Below, one piece after another: positions 28,972 to 37,620 of a DNA stretch of 64,000 nucleotides. The translations under genes were made by a program, and so were the position numbers. Positions within the stretch are counted from its first letter, which is position 1. Each line of letters starts with the position of its first letter. Below the pieces are notes generated by a model. The model searched no databases and was not told where the DNA came from. It saw only the letters and a program-made list of their open reading frames with translations. This stretch comes from Candidatus Latescibacterota bacterium (GTDB lineage Bacteria; Latescibacterota; UBA2968; GCA-2709665): positions 3,936,001-4,000,000 of the forward strand of contig OZ220733.1 of assembly GCA_965116875.1 (NCBI GenBank). Direction: 5' to 3'.

Positions 28972-29718
28972 ATGCGGGAGGCCGGGTTGGCGCCGAATGA
29001 AACCGAAAAGATGTGGGCCGAACTGGCGCCGTACTATGACGTATTGTATCAGTGGAAGGACTATCGGACCGAGTCGGAGCGGGTTCATCAATTGATCCAG
29101 GCGCATCGAATGACGTCCGGCAATGCCCTGCTGGACGTCGCGTGCGGGACCGGGGGGCATGCCCGGTTTCTGCGGGACCACTACGATGTAACCGGTGTCG
29201 ATCTGAATCGCGAAATGTTGAAGGAGGCCCGCAGAAAAATACCCGGTGTCAGATTTCTGTCCCGGGACATGACGTCCTTCGATCTCAATCGTCGCTTTGA
29301 CGCGGTCATCTGTCTGTTCAGTTCAATTGCCTACGTAAGGACGTACCGGAACCTGAAACGGACGATCGCCTGTTTTGCGAGACATCTGAAACCCGGCGGC
29401 ATTCTGATTATCGAGCCTTTTTTCACGAAAGAGACGTTCGTTGCAGGATCGATCCACGGAGGCACGCTTGAAGCCGAAGGTGTAAAGATCTCCAGACACA
29501 ACGTGAGTCGACGCCGCGGAAACCTGGCCGTCCTCGATTTTCATTTTCTCCTTTCAACGAAGAAAGGCACACGGTACTTTCGCGACACCCACGAGATGGC
29601 CCTGTTCGACAGGGAGAGATTTCTCGAGATTATGGCGCTTGCAGGTCTGGCGCCGAGGTACGACGAAAGCGGTCTGATGCCGGGTCGGGGACTCTACGTC
29701 ACGCAGAAGGCCGTTTGA
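28972..29718 (+). CDS. Class I SAM-dependent methyltransferase (TylM1/DesVI-like N-methyltransferase family)
   Basis: YYDVLY.WKDY, LLDVACGTG, GVDLN, FDAVICLFSSIAY, HLKPGGILIIEP, GRGLYV. Start uncertain (28972 or 29011). Confidence 0.85.
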   Translation: MREAGLAPNETEKMWAELAPYYDVLYQWKDYRTESERVHQLIQAHRMTSGNALLDVACGTGGHARFLRDHYDVTGVDLNREMLKEARRKIPGVRFLSRDMTSFDLNRRFDAVICLFSSIAYVRTYRNLKRTIACFARHLKPGGILIIEPFFTKETFVAGSIHGGTLEAEGVKISRHNVSRRRGNLAVLDFHFLLSTKKGTRYFRDTHEMALFDRERFLEIMALAGLAPRYDESGLMPGRGLYVTQKAV

Positions 29719-29737
29719 ACAGCAGGAGCGATACCAT

Positions 29738-31102
29738 ATGGAACCACGTTCGGACAATGGCAATGCGGGGACCGATCGGAATCCGCAGGTTCTGGGCAAG
29801 AATTTCATGTTTCCGCCTCACGTGATCGACGATATACACATCAAGGCGAATCTGGGCCGGTACCGCATGCGCGGTATGGCGCTTTTCAAGAAGATCCCAT
29901 CGTGGGACGACCTGACGTTTCTGCCGGGCACGCTTACCCGGTTCGTTATCGAGGGATACCGTGAAAAATGCGAAACGAGGACGGTGCTCGGGCCCATGGC
30001 GGAACGGCCCCTGGCGCTGGATATTCCCATATACATAACGGGAATGAGCTTTGGGGCGTTGTCCTACGAGGCGAAGGTGGCTCTGGCCAGAGGGGCCACG
30101 ATGGCGGGCACGGCGACCTGTTCAGGAGAGGGTGGAATGCTGCCCGACGAGCGGCGGTATTCGGAGAAGTGGCTGTACCAGTGCATTCAGTCCCGTTACG
30201 GATTCAATCCGCACCACATGCGACTGGCCGACGGTGTCGAGTTCTTCATCGGTCAGGGATGCAAGGTGGGCCTCGGCGGGCACCTGATGGGCCAGAAGGT
30301 GACCGACCAGGTTGCCGAAATGCGTTCATTGCCGGCGGGGATCGATCAGCGTTCGCCGGCCAGGCACCCGGACTGGCTGGGCCCCGACGATCTGGCCCTG
30401 AAGATCGAGGAGATCCGCGAAGCGACCAACTGGCAGATACCCATCCAGTTGAAGCTCGGCGCGGCGCGGGTCTATGACGATGTGAGGATGGCGGCCAAGA
30501 CCGGCCCCGACAGCATCTATATGGACGGGATGGAAGGCTCGACGGGGGCGGGACCCCACCTGGCCACCGAGGAGACGGGCGTGCCGGGGATCGCGGCCAT
30601 CAGGCAGGCCAGAAAGGCGCTGGACGACGTGGGAAAGACCGGGGAGATTACGCTGGTCTATGCGGGAGGGATACGCAACGGGGCCGACGTTGCCAAAGCG
30701 CTCGCGCTTGGCGCCGACGCGGTAGCCATCGGCACCGCGGCGATGGTGGCGCTCAACTGCAACAAGGATATCCCGGAGGCCGATTACGAGGGAACGGTCG
30801 GCGTTCCCGCGGGTACCTGCTACCATTGCCATACCGGGCTGTGTCCCGTGGGCGTGGCCACCCAGGATCCTGTGCTTCGCAGCCGACTGGACCCGGATGA
30901 GGCGGCCGAACGGGTATACAATTTCCTTCATACCCTTGCCATCGAGTGCCAGATGTTCGCCAGGGCCTGCGGCAAAACCGACGTCCACTCCCTGGAGCCG
31001 GAGGACCTTGCCGCGCTGACCATGGAAGCGTCCGCCATGGCGGAGGTTCCGCTTGCGGGCACCCGCCATACCGTGGGCCATCCGGAGATGAACAGGTTCT
31101 GA
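29738..31102 (+). CDS. FMN-binding glutamate synthase family protein, GlxD/MgsC-like (N-methylglutamate synthase subunit C)
   Basis: TRFVIEGYREKC, GMSFGALS, SGEGGM, SRYGFNP, GQGCKVGLGGHLMGQKV, DQRSPARHPDW, GGIRNGADVAKALALGADA, CYHCHTGLCPVGVATQD [3Fe-4S] motif. RBS AGGAG. Confidence 0.88.
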   Translation: MEPRSDNGNAGTDRNPQVLGKNFMFPPHVIDDIHIKANLGRYRMRGMALFKKIPSWDDLTFLPGTLTRFVIEGYREKCETRTVLGPMAERPLALDIPIYITGMSFGALSYEAKVALARGATMAGTATCSGEGGMLPDERRYSEKWLYQCIQSRYGFNPHHMRLADGVEFFIGQGCKVGLGGHLMGQKVTDQVAEMRSLPAGIDQRSPARHPDWLGPDDLALKIEEIREATNWQIPIQLKLGAARVYDDVRMAAKTGPDSIYMDGMEGSTGAGPHLATEETGVPGIAAIRQARKALDDVGKTGEITLVYAGGIRNGADVAKALALGADAVAIGTAAMVALNCNKDIPEADYEGTVGVPAGTCYHCHTGLCPVGVATQDPVLRSRLDPDEAAERVYNFLHTLAIECQMFARACGKTDVHSLEPEDLAALTMEASAMAEVPLAGTRHTVGHPEMNRF

Positions 31103-31190
31103 AAAAAGGAAGAAGGAAGAAGGACCACAACGCACCCCGCCGGTTCCGCGCTCGCCATTCCGGGACAGGGCGCCGCACCAGGAGAATCCG

Positions 31191-31607
31191 ATGGCAGAAG
31201 CCAAAGACGTGAACTACTACCTGAAGTCCACGGGGCTCGACTCGGACCGCGAAAAGGAAATCGGTCAGCACATCGGGTATCGGTACGATGTGAACCTCCC
31301 GCCGGACTATACGCTGCTGACGCCCTTCCTGAAGAGGTATATGGAGGCGATGGGATGGCGGGACCTCAACTGGCTGGAAGATGTACATATGGGGTACGAA
31401 GACGGAAAGCCCGCGGTATTCGACCGGAATATCAACGGCTGGGTGCTGGTTCCCGAAGATATGGCGCTGCCCGACAACCAGCAGGAGCGCGACATGATTG
31501 CGCGCGAACTGCTTGTCAAGTTTCAGATGTCCGAAAAGCATCCCGTCGTGGAACTTGGCCACGCGTACGGAATGAACCTTGAGGACGACGGCGGCGCGCG
31601 CGGGTAG
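31191..31607 (+). CDS. Hypothetical protein (138 aa) in the methylamine cluster
   Basis: RBS AGGAG, GC3-biased codon usage, operon position. No known motif recognised. Confidence 0.75.
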   Translation: MAEAKDVNYYLKSTGLDSDREKEIGQHIGYRYDVNLPPDYTLLTPFLKRYMEAMGWRDLNWLEDVHMGYEDGKPAVFDRNINGWVLVPEDMALPDNQQERDMIARELLVKFQMSEKHPVVELGHAYGMNLEDDGGARG

Positions 31608-31654
31608 CGCAGGGTCGAGCCGCGATCCCGAGAAACCAGGAGTCTGGAGGCGTT

Positions 31655-33049
31655 ATGAGCAAATCGAAGATGTGGGGTCCGGATGCGTTCTGGGGCCTGG
31701 ACTACGACTGGGACCCCCAGTGGGTATTGACGCAGGAGCAGGAGGCGCTCCAGGAGAAGCTGATCGAGCTTTGCCGGACCACGCTGCGGGATAACGCCGT
31801 AGAGAGCGATCGCGAACTCGTGTTTCCACGGAAGAACTTCGAGGCGCTGGCTTCGCTGGGCCTGCTTGGGCTGAACGTGCCACGGGAATGGGGGGGCATG
31901 GGAGAAAACCATACCTGTACGGCGATGGTGGTGGAGACGATCGCGCGTTACGGGTGCGCAAGTACTGCGATGTGCTATACCATGCACATCGGGGCCGTGG
32001 CGGCCGCCATGTTTCGGGCGCACGACAATCCGACGCTTCAGGATCTGATGAAACGCCTCGACAAAGATGTCCTGGTGGGCACGCTGTCCTATTCGGACCC
32101 CGAGACGGGATCGCATTTCTGGTATCCGATATCCTCGGGAGCAGAGCGGGTGGAGGGCGGCTGGAAGGTACGCAAAAAGGCATCGTGGACGACGTCCGCG
32201 GGCTTCGCCGACTGGTACATCGTGCAGACCACGAGTCCCGATTTCGACGGCGACTACTCGAATCTGTCCTGTTTTCTCGTCATGGCCGGGGAGGTGAAGT
32301 CGGAGCCGTCGCTGTGGGACGGCCTGGGTCTGCGCGGGAACCAGTCCGGCACGCTGGAGGTCGACAACGTCACGATGCCGGAAGACAGGCTGGTGGGCCC
32401 CGTGGGCGACGGGGCGAATTCCAACGACGAGACGGTGGATCCGTTCTTCCTGTTATGCTCATCCGCGTGCTGGAACGGAATCTCACTGGGGATGATCGAT
32501 ATCGCCAGGCGGCACACCACCGCGAGGCGGCACGCGGACGTGGGCATGCGGGTGGCAGATTACCCGACGATCCAGGATTACGTGGGCGAGGCCGTTATCG
32601 ACACGAACACCTCACGGTCCTTCGTCTACATGATGGCACGGGCGATGGACGACGTCACGAATCAATGCGATTGGTCGATTCATGAGGACCTCGCCTGTAT
32701 GCCAAGGGCGGACGTGCTTCACTGGATGTGGCAGGTGAAGTTCACCGCGGCGAAGAACGTGGCGAACGTTTCTGACAAGATGCTCCACGCCTGCGGTGGG
32801 ACGGGGTACAAGCCCGACCTGGGGATCGAACGGTACCTGCGCGACGGAAAGGCCGGGTGGGTGATGGGCCCCACGAATGAGGTCCTGCGCCAGTTTGTGG
32901 GCAAGAGCGTGTTGCTTGGGTTCGACTCACTGGACTACTGGAACCAGTCCGTAAACGAGCGGTTATTGAGGAACGAACTCAAGAAGATGGATGGCGAGAG
33001 CAAGAGGGAACTCGGGCGTGAGCTTCTGGCCGAAACCGATGAGGGATGA
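31655..33049 (+). CDS. Acyl-CoA dehydrogenase-fold flavoprotein (atypical)
   Basis: LTQEQ, LGLLGLNVPREWGGMG, SDPETGS, KASWTTSA, WDGLGLRGNQS, GGTGY...IERYLRD..AGWVMGPTNEV. RBS GGAGG. Confidence 0.9.
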   Translation: MSKSKMWGPDAFWGLDYDWDPQWVLTQEQEALQEKLIELCRTTLRDNAVESDRELVFPRKNFEALASLGLLGLNVPREWGGMGENHTCTAMVVETIARYGCASTAMCYTMHIGAVAAAMFRAHDNPTLQDLMKRLDKDVLVGTLSYSDPETGSHFWYPISSGAERVEGGWKVRKKASWTTSAGFADWYIVQTTSPDFDGDYSNLSCFLVMAGEVKSEPSLWDGLGLRGNQSGTLEVDNVTMPEDRLVGPVGDGANSNDETVDPFFLLCSSACWNGISLGMIDIARRHTTARRHADVGMRVADYPTIQDYVGEAVIDTNTSRSFVYMMARAMDDVTNQCDWSIHEDLACMPRADVLHWMWQVKFTAAKNVANVSDKMLHACGGTGYKPDLGIERYLRDGKAGWVMGPTNEVLRQFVGKSVLLGFDSLDYWNQSVNERLLRNELKKMDGESKRELGRELLAETDEG

Positions 33050-35382
33050 TGCCTGTAGACGTCCAAATGTACGGAACGGGACTGCTGAGGTGGACGCCGG
33101 GCCGGGAGCGCTATCGGGTGCCCGGCGGTGGGGCGATCGCCCTGGAGTTGTTGCAGGGAGATCGGCTGGCGATGGTGGACGTCGAGGGGCGCCAGCGTTG
33201 CGAGCTTGGGATATTCGGTCCTGACGGCAGCGCCGATCCTTCCAGATTGGGGGTCCGGGCTGATGGCGCGATGGAGGGTTTCGCGGAGGCGCTCGGCCGC
33301 GGGGACGAGAGCGCGCAGGCGGCCAACGCGGCCCTGCGGCGCAGGGGCGTCGACGTTGCAGGCGCGCGGGCGGTGCAGGTTTTCGGCGGAGAGACGGAAG
33401 CCGGCGCCGAAGCCGGTTTCGACGTGCAACGGGACGCCGTTTGCGTGATTGCGGCCCCGGGCGGACCGATGAGCGTGGATGCCCAGGATCCTCCGACGGA
33501 CCTGGAAGTCGTGGTCAGACGTTCAAATGTGGAAACGCCTGAACGCCCGCCGCTGCCCGCGCCATTGGGAGACACGCGACTGGATCTGGACGTCGAAAGG
33601 GCGTCGGCCTTTGCCTACGAGGTCAAAGCCGGAGAATTCATCCAGGTGATCGACGTTGCCGGCCGCCAGTGTTCGGATTTTCTGGCGTTCGACGCCAGGC
33701 AACTGCAGCGCGGGGTTGAGCGGGGCCTGGATGCGACCACCACGCGGACCCTCATGGGCGCCGCCTATCCCGGTCCGGGCCTTTATTCGAAATTCTACGA
33801 CCGGGATATGCAGCCGCTGGTCGAGGTAGTTCGGGATACGGTAGGGCGGCACGATACGTTTGCGCTTGCGTGCACCGCCAAATATTACGAGGATATGGGT
33901 TATCCGGGTCACGTCAACTGTACGGACAACTTCAACGCGGCACTGGACCCGTATACCATACAGCCCCGGCGCGGCTGGCCCGCGGTGAATTTCTTCTACA
34001 ATACGAGAATCGACGGGAATAACGTCCTGTTCATGGACGAGCCATGGTCTCGTCCGGGCGACTACGTTCTTTTGAAAGCGCTGACGGACCTGGTCTGTCT
34101 GTCGTCCGCGTGCCCGGACGATATCGATCCGGCCAACGGCTGGGAGCCTACGGAAATTCAGGTCCGCGTCTACCCTGAACGATACCGGTTTTCGAGAGGG
34201 ATTGCTCACCGGATGACGGCAGACGCCGAGCCCAGGTTGACGAGGGAGACGGCCTTTCACCCGCGTACGTCCGCCCTGACCCGCCATTTCGAGGAATATC
34301 GGGGGTTCTGGCTGCCCTCGTGCTTTACCGGCAGCGGCGCCGTCGAGGAATATTTCGCCTGCCGCGAAACCGCGGCGGTGATGGATTTGTCCGCGCTGCG
34401 CAAGTTCGAGGTCCTGGGACCGGACGCCGAGGCGCTGCTGCAGCATACGCTGACGCGAGACGTTCGCAGGCTCTCGCCGGGTCAGGTGACGTATTCCGCG
34501 ATGTGTTACGAAACCGGCGGCATGCTGGACGACGGCACGCTGTTCCGACTGGGCCCCGAGAATTTCCGGTGGATCTGCGGCGATGACTACGGGGGCGAGT
34601 GGCTGCGCGAGCAGGCGGGTCGACTCGGGATGCGGGTGTGGGTCAGAAACTCGACCGATCAGCTCCACAATCTTGCCGTCCAGGGTCCCCGAAGCCGGGA
34701 ACTCCTTCGCAATCTCATCTGGACCCCTCCTTCCCGCCCGTCTCTGGCCGAATTGGGCTGGTTCCGATTCACGGTGGGCCGAATCGCCGATGGGAGCGGG
34801 CCGGCGGTTGTCGTCTCGCGGACGGGGTACACGGGGGAACTGGGCTACGAGGTTTGGTGCCATCCCAACGATGCACCGGCGGTCTGGGACGCCATCCGGG
34901 AAGTGGGACACGGGTACGGCCTGACGCCGTTGGGGCTGGAGGCCCTGGACATGCTGCGAATCGAGGCCGGTCTGGTTTTCGCGGGCTGTGAGTTCGACGA
35001 TCAGACGGACCCGTTCGAAGCGGGAATCGGCTTCACGGTTCCGCTCGGACGCAAGAAAGACGATTTCATCGGCAAGGAAGCTCTGGTTCACAGGCGGTCG
35101 CACCCCCAACGGGTGCTGGTTGGCCTGGAGGTATCCGGAAACGAACCGGCCGCCACCGGTGACGACGTCTACCAGGGGCGCGGCCGGGTGGGCGTGATTA
35201 CCAGCGGTACACGATCGCCCGTTCTGGGAAAGAATATCGCGCTCTGCCGAATCGCGGCCGGGTACGCCGCGATCGGCGTGGAGGTCGAGGTCGGAAGGCT
35301 GGACGGCCATCAGAAGCGCATTCCCGCGCGGGTGGTGCGGTTTCCGTTTTACGATCCGGGCAAATCGCGGCCTCGTTCCTGA
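33046..35382 (+). CDS. tdm: Trimethylamine N-oxide demethylase (DUF1989 + glycine-cleavage T fusion)
   Basis: N-terminal DUF1989 with GRQCSDF, RHDTFALACTAKYYEDMGYPGHVNC, SSACPDDIDPANGW. C-terminal GCV_T domain (DLSALRKFEV, SRTGYTGELGYEV, LDMLRIEAG, FYDP.K.RPRS). ATGA overlap with the ACAD gene. Confidence 0.85.
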   Translation: MMPVDVQMYGTGLLRWTPGRERYRVPGGGAIALELLQGDRLAMVDVEGRQRCELGIFGPDGSADPSRLGVRADGAMEGFAEALGRGDESAQAANAALRRRGVDVAGARAVQVFGGETEAGAEAGFDVQRDAVCVIAAPGGPMSVDAQDPPTDLEVVVRRSNVETPERPPLPAPLGDTRLDLDVERASAFAYEVKAGEFIQVIDVAGRQCSDFLAFDARQLQRGVERGLDATTTRTLMGAAYPGPGLYSKFYDRDMQPLVEVVRDTVGRHDTFALACTAKYYEDMGYPGHVNCTDNFNAALDPYTIQPRRGWPAVNFFYNTRIDGNNVLFMDEPWSRPGDYVLLKALTDLVCLSSACPDDIDPANGWEPTEIQVRVYPERYRFSRGIAHRMTADAEPRLTRETAFHPRTSALTRHFEEYRGFWLPSCFTGSGAVEEYFACRETAAVMDLSALRKFEVLGPDAEALLQHTLTRDVRRLSPGQVTYSAMCYETGGMLDDGTLFRLGPENFRWICGDDYGGEWLREQAGRLGMRVWVRNSTDQLHNLAVQGPRSRELLRNLIWTPPSRPSLAELGWFRFTVGRIADGSGPAVVVSRTGYTGELGYEVWCHPNDAPAVWDAIREVGHGYGLTPLGLEALDMLRIEAGLVFAGCEFDDQTDPFEAGIGFTVPLGRKKDDFIGKEALVHRRSHPQRVLVGLEVSGNEPAATGDDVYQGRGRVGVITSGTRSPVLGKNIALCRIAAGYAAIGVEVEVGRLDGHQKRIPARVVRFPFYDPGKSRPRS

Positions 35383-35469
35383 TCGCAGACAACAGCTTCT
35401 CCGGCCGTCGAGGAACCGCATGAACGGGGCTGGAAGCTTCGCGGCGGACGTCGCTCTTGTTGAGAGGGT

Positions 35470-35967
35470 ATGGGAATGGCCTTCGACCCGATGGAGCAAC
35501 GCCGGATCATGGGTTGTTTTGCAACCGGCGTAACCGTTGTCACTACCGTTTCCGGCGGCGAATACAGGGGAATGACGGCCAATGCCGTGACCTCGCTTTC
35601 GCTGGAGCCCCCGCTGGTCATGGTGTCCGTGGACAGGGGGGCGCAAATGCACGCGCATCTGACGGAGAGCCGGTATTTCGCCTTGAATATCCTCAGCGAG
35701 GATCAGGAAGCGGTTTCAACGCAGTTCGCCAGACCGGGTCCCAAGGACTTTTCAAACGTGGCCACAACGACGTGCCGGACCGGCGCGCCCGTCCTCACGG
35801 ACGCGCTGGGCCACGTGGAATGTCTGCTGGCCGACGTACTCCGTGCCGGCGACCATGATATCTTTGTTGGTGAAATCGTAGCGGGCGATGCCGGACCAGG
35901 TCGTCCGCTCCTGTTTTACCAGGGGAAGTATCGCCGGATGTCGAACGGGACTGAATCCAGGGTCTGA
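35470..35967 (+). CDS. Flavin reductase (HpaC/RutF-like)
   Basis: FATGVTVVT, GMTANAVTSLSLEPPL, FALNILSEDQ, GDHDIFVGE, PLLFYQG. Confidence 0.93.
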   Translation: MGMAFDPMEQRRIMGCFATGVTVVTTVSGGEYRGMTANAVTSLSLEPPLVMVSVDRGAQMHAHLTESRYFALNILSEDQEAVSTQFARPGPKDFSNVATTTCRTGAPVLTDALGHVECLLADVLRAGDHDIFVGEIVAGDAGPGRPLLFYQGKYRRMSNGTESRV

Positions 35968-36164
35968 AGGACGCGTGACGCGGGCGCCTCGCTTTCCTCA
36001 GGTTTTACCTCAATTCCGCCCAAGCCGCAACGCGGCGCCGCGACGAAACCATTCAAAACGGGCCGAAATGGTCGTCATGAAGGACATTTTTTCCGTTCAC
36101 GTACAGTGTCCTGGTGTATCCTGGTAATCAGCAGTTTAATCGCCTTTATTAACTCACACATATA

Positions 36165-36206
36165 CGAATTAACCTCCCGGAAAAATAACGAATCAAGGTT
36201 AATTCG
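36165..36206. promoter_or_regulatory. 11-bp perfect inverted repeat abutting the amt RBS (operator or RNA hairpin)
   Basis: CGAATTAACCT (36165-36175), 20 nt spacer, AGGTTAATTCG (36196-36206), in an AT-rich patch. Confidence 0.55.
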
Positions 36207-36216
36207 GAGGGGAGAT

Positions 36217-37611
36217 ATGGACAACGAACTCAGCGCATTGACCGTCGTGTTTACGGAATTCTATTACTGGATATGCATCGTGCTCATGTTCCTCATCCAC
36301 GTCGGCTTCTGTCTGTACGAAGTCGGCGTGTCCAGGAGGAAGAATATGATGCATACCCTCATGAAGAACGCGATGCTGATTCCGCTGGTCACCATCACGT
36401 TCTATTTCTTCGGGTGGTGGATCTATTTTGCCGTTCAGAACGGACCCGGGATCACGGGCGGACTGATCGAAGCCGCGTGGGCGACGCCCTGGAATGAGCT
36501 GATGGGGACCCATATGGGAGGCAAACCGCACGGCGGGGGTCTCACAGGAGACGACACGGCGCTCTGGGCGCGGCTGAACGGCGTCTTCTGGGCGGCCTTT
36601 CTGCTGTTTTCATGGACGGCGGGATCGATCCTATCGGGCGCGGTCATCGAACGCATCCGATCCGGCGCGTTCTGGATCTTCGCGGTGCTTGTGGGGTCGG
36701 TCACGTGGGTGATCGACGCGGCGTGGGGCTGGTCCGCAGACGGCTGGATGGTGCAGATTCTGGGGTATCACGATGCGTACGCATCCGGCGTCATCCATGC
36801 AATCAGCGGCGGGTCCGCGCTGGCGATCCTCTATCACCTGGGACCTCGAATCGGCAGATTCAGGTCCGACGGTTCTCCCAGGAACTTCCCGCCGCAAAAT
36901 ACCTGGCTTGTGATCATCGGTCTGTTTCTGATTTACACGGGATTCTGGGGTTTCTACGCGGCCTGCAACGTGCCCATTATGGACATCGACGCCTCCGACG
37001 CCAGGGCGTTCTTTTCCGCCACCACGATTTACCTGACGCCCACCACGCTCAGCGCGATCACGTTCAACTTTCTGATGTCGCTCGCCGGCGGTTTGATCAT
37101 GGGCTATTTCGTGTCCGGGGGTGATCCGTACTGGACCTTTTCCGGCGGACTTGCCGGCATCATCACGGCGTCTGCGGGCAACGACCTGTACCATCCGATG
37201 CAGGCGCTGCTCATCGGCGCATTCGGCACGTTCTGCATGTACAGGTTGCACAATTGGGTCGAGAAGCGGTTCAGGATCGACGATGCGGTGGGCGCCGTGG
37301 CGGTACATGGATATGCCGGAGTTATCGGGGTGATTGTCGCGGGATTCGTACTCTGGGGGTATCCCGCAGCCAATCCCGAGTACGCTCCGATTACGCCGTG
37401 GGGACAGACGCTCGGTGCTGTCATTATGTTTTTTGTGCTGGGCTTTCTACCCTGTTACGTCGTTGGCGCGATCCTCAAGAAGCTTGGCGTTCTGCGTATA
37501 CCGGGTCGGATAGAACTTGCGGGCCTGGATCACGTGACCATTCAGAACGAGACGGTGGATACGGACGAACTCGTTCAGGCGGAAATCGACGAATCGCAGG
37601 CAGGCGGATAG
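36217..37611 (+). CDS. amt: Ammonium/methylammonium transporter (Amt family, divergent)
   Basis: About 11 TM segments, GFCLYEVG..R.KN, ILSGAVIER, twin His (SGVIH, AVAVHG), LGPRIGRF, IDDAVG, E.AGLD. RBS GGAG. Confidence 0.88.
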   Translation: MDNELSALTVVFTEFYYWICIVLMFLIHVGFCLYEVGVSRRKNMMHTLMKNAMLIPLVTITFYFFGWWIYFAVQNGPGITGGLIEAAWATPWNELMGTHMGGKPHGGGLTGDDTALWARLNGVFWAAFLLFSWTAGSILSGAVIERIRSGAFWIFAVLVGSVTWVIDAAWGWSADGWMVQILGYHDAYASGVIHAISGGSALAILYHLGPRIGRFRSDGSPRNFPPQNTWLVIIGLFLIYTGFWGFYAACNVPIMDIDASDARAFFSATTIYLTPTTLSAITFNFLMSLAGGLIMGYFVSGGDPYWTFSGGLAGIITASAGNDLYHPMQALLIGAFGTFCMYRLHNWVEKRFRIDDAVGAVAVHGYAGVIGVIVAGFVLWGYPAANPEYAPITPWGQTLGAVIMFFVLGFLPCYVVGAILKKLGVLRIPGRIELAGLDHVTIQNETVDTDELVQAEIDESQAGG

Positions 37612-37620
37612 AAAGGATTT

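Noticed and set aside
31106-31124. Short AAGGAAG x2.7 tandem after mgsC
   Set aside because: Too short to distinguish from chance low-complexity sequence.
33523-35658. 711-aa antisense ORF over tdm (likewise 26020-27900, 15650-17239, 37447-38859 and other long shadows)
   Set aside because: They lie opposite genes with clear family motifs and have no motifs of their own; long antisense ORFs are expected at this GC content and codon bias.
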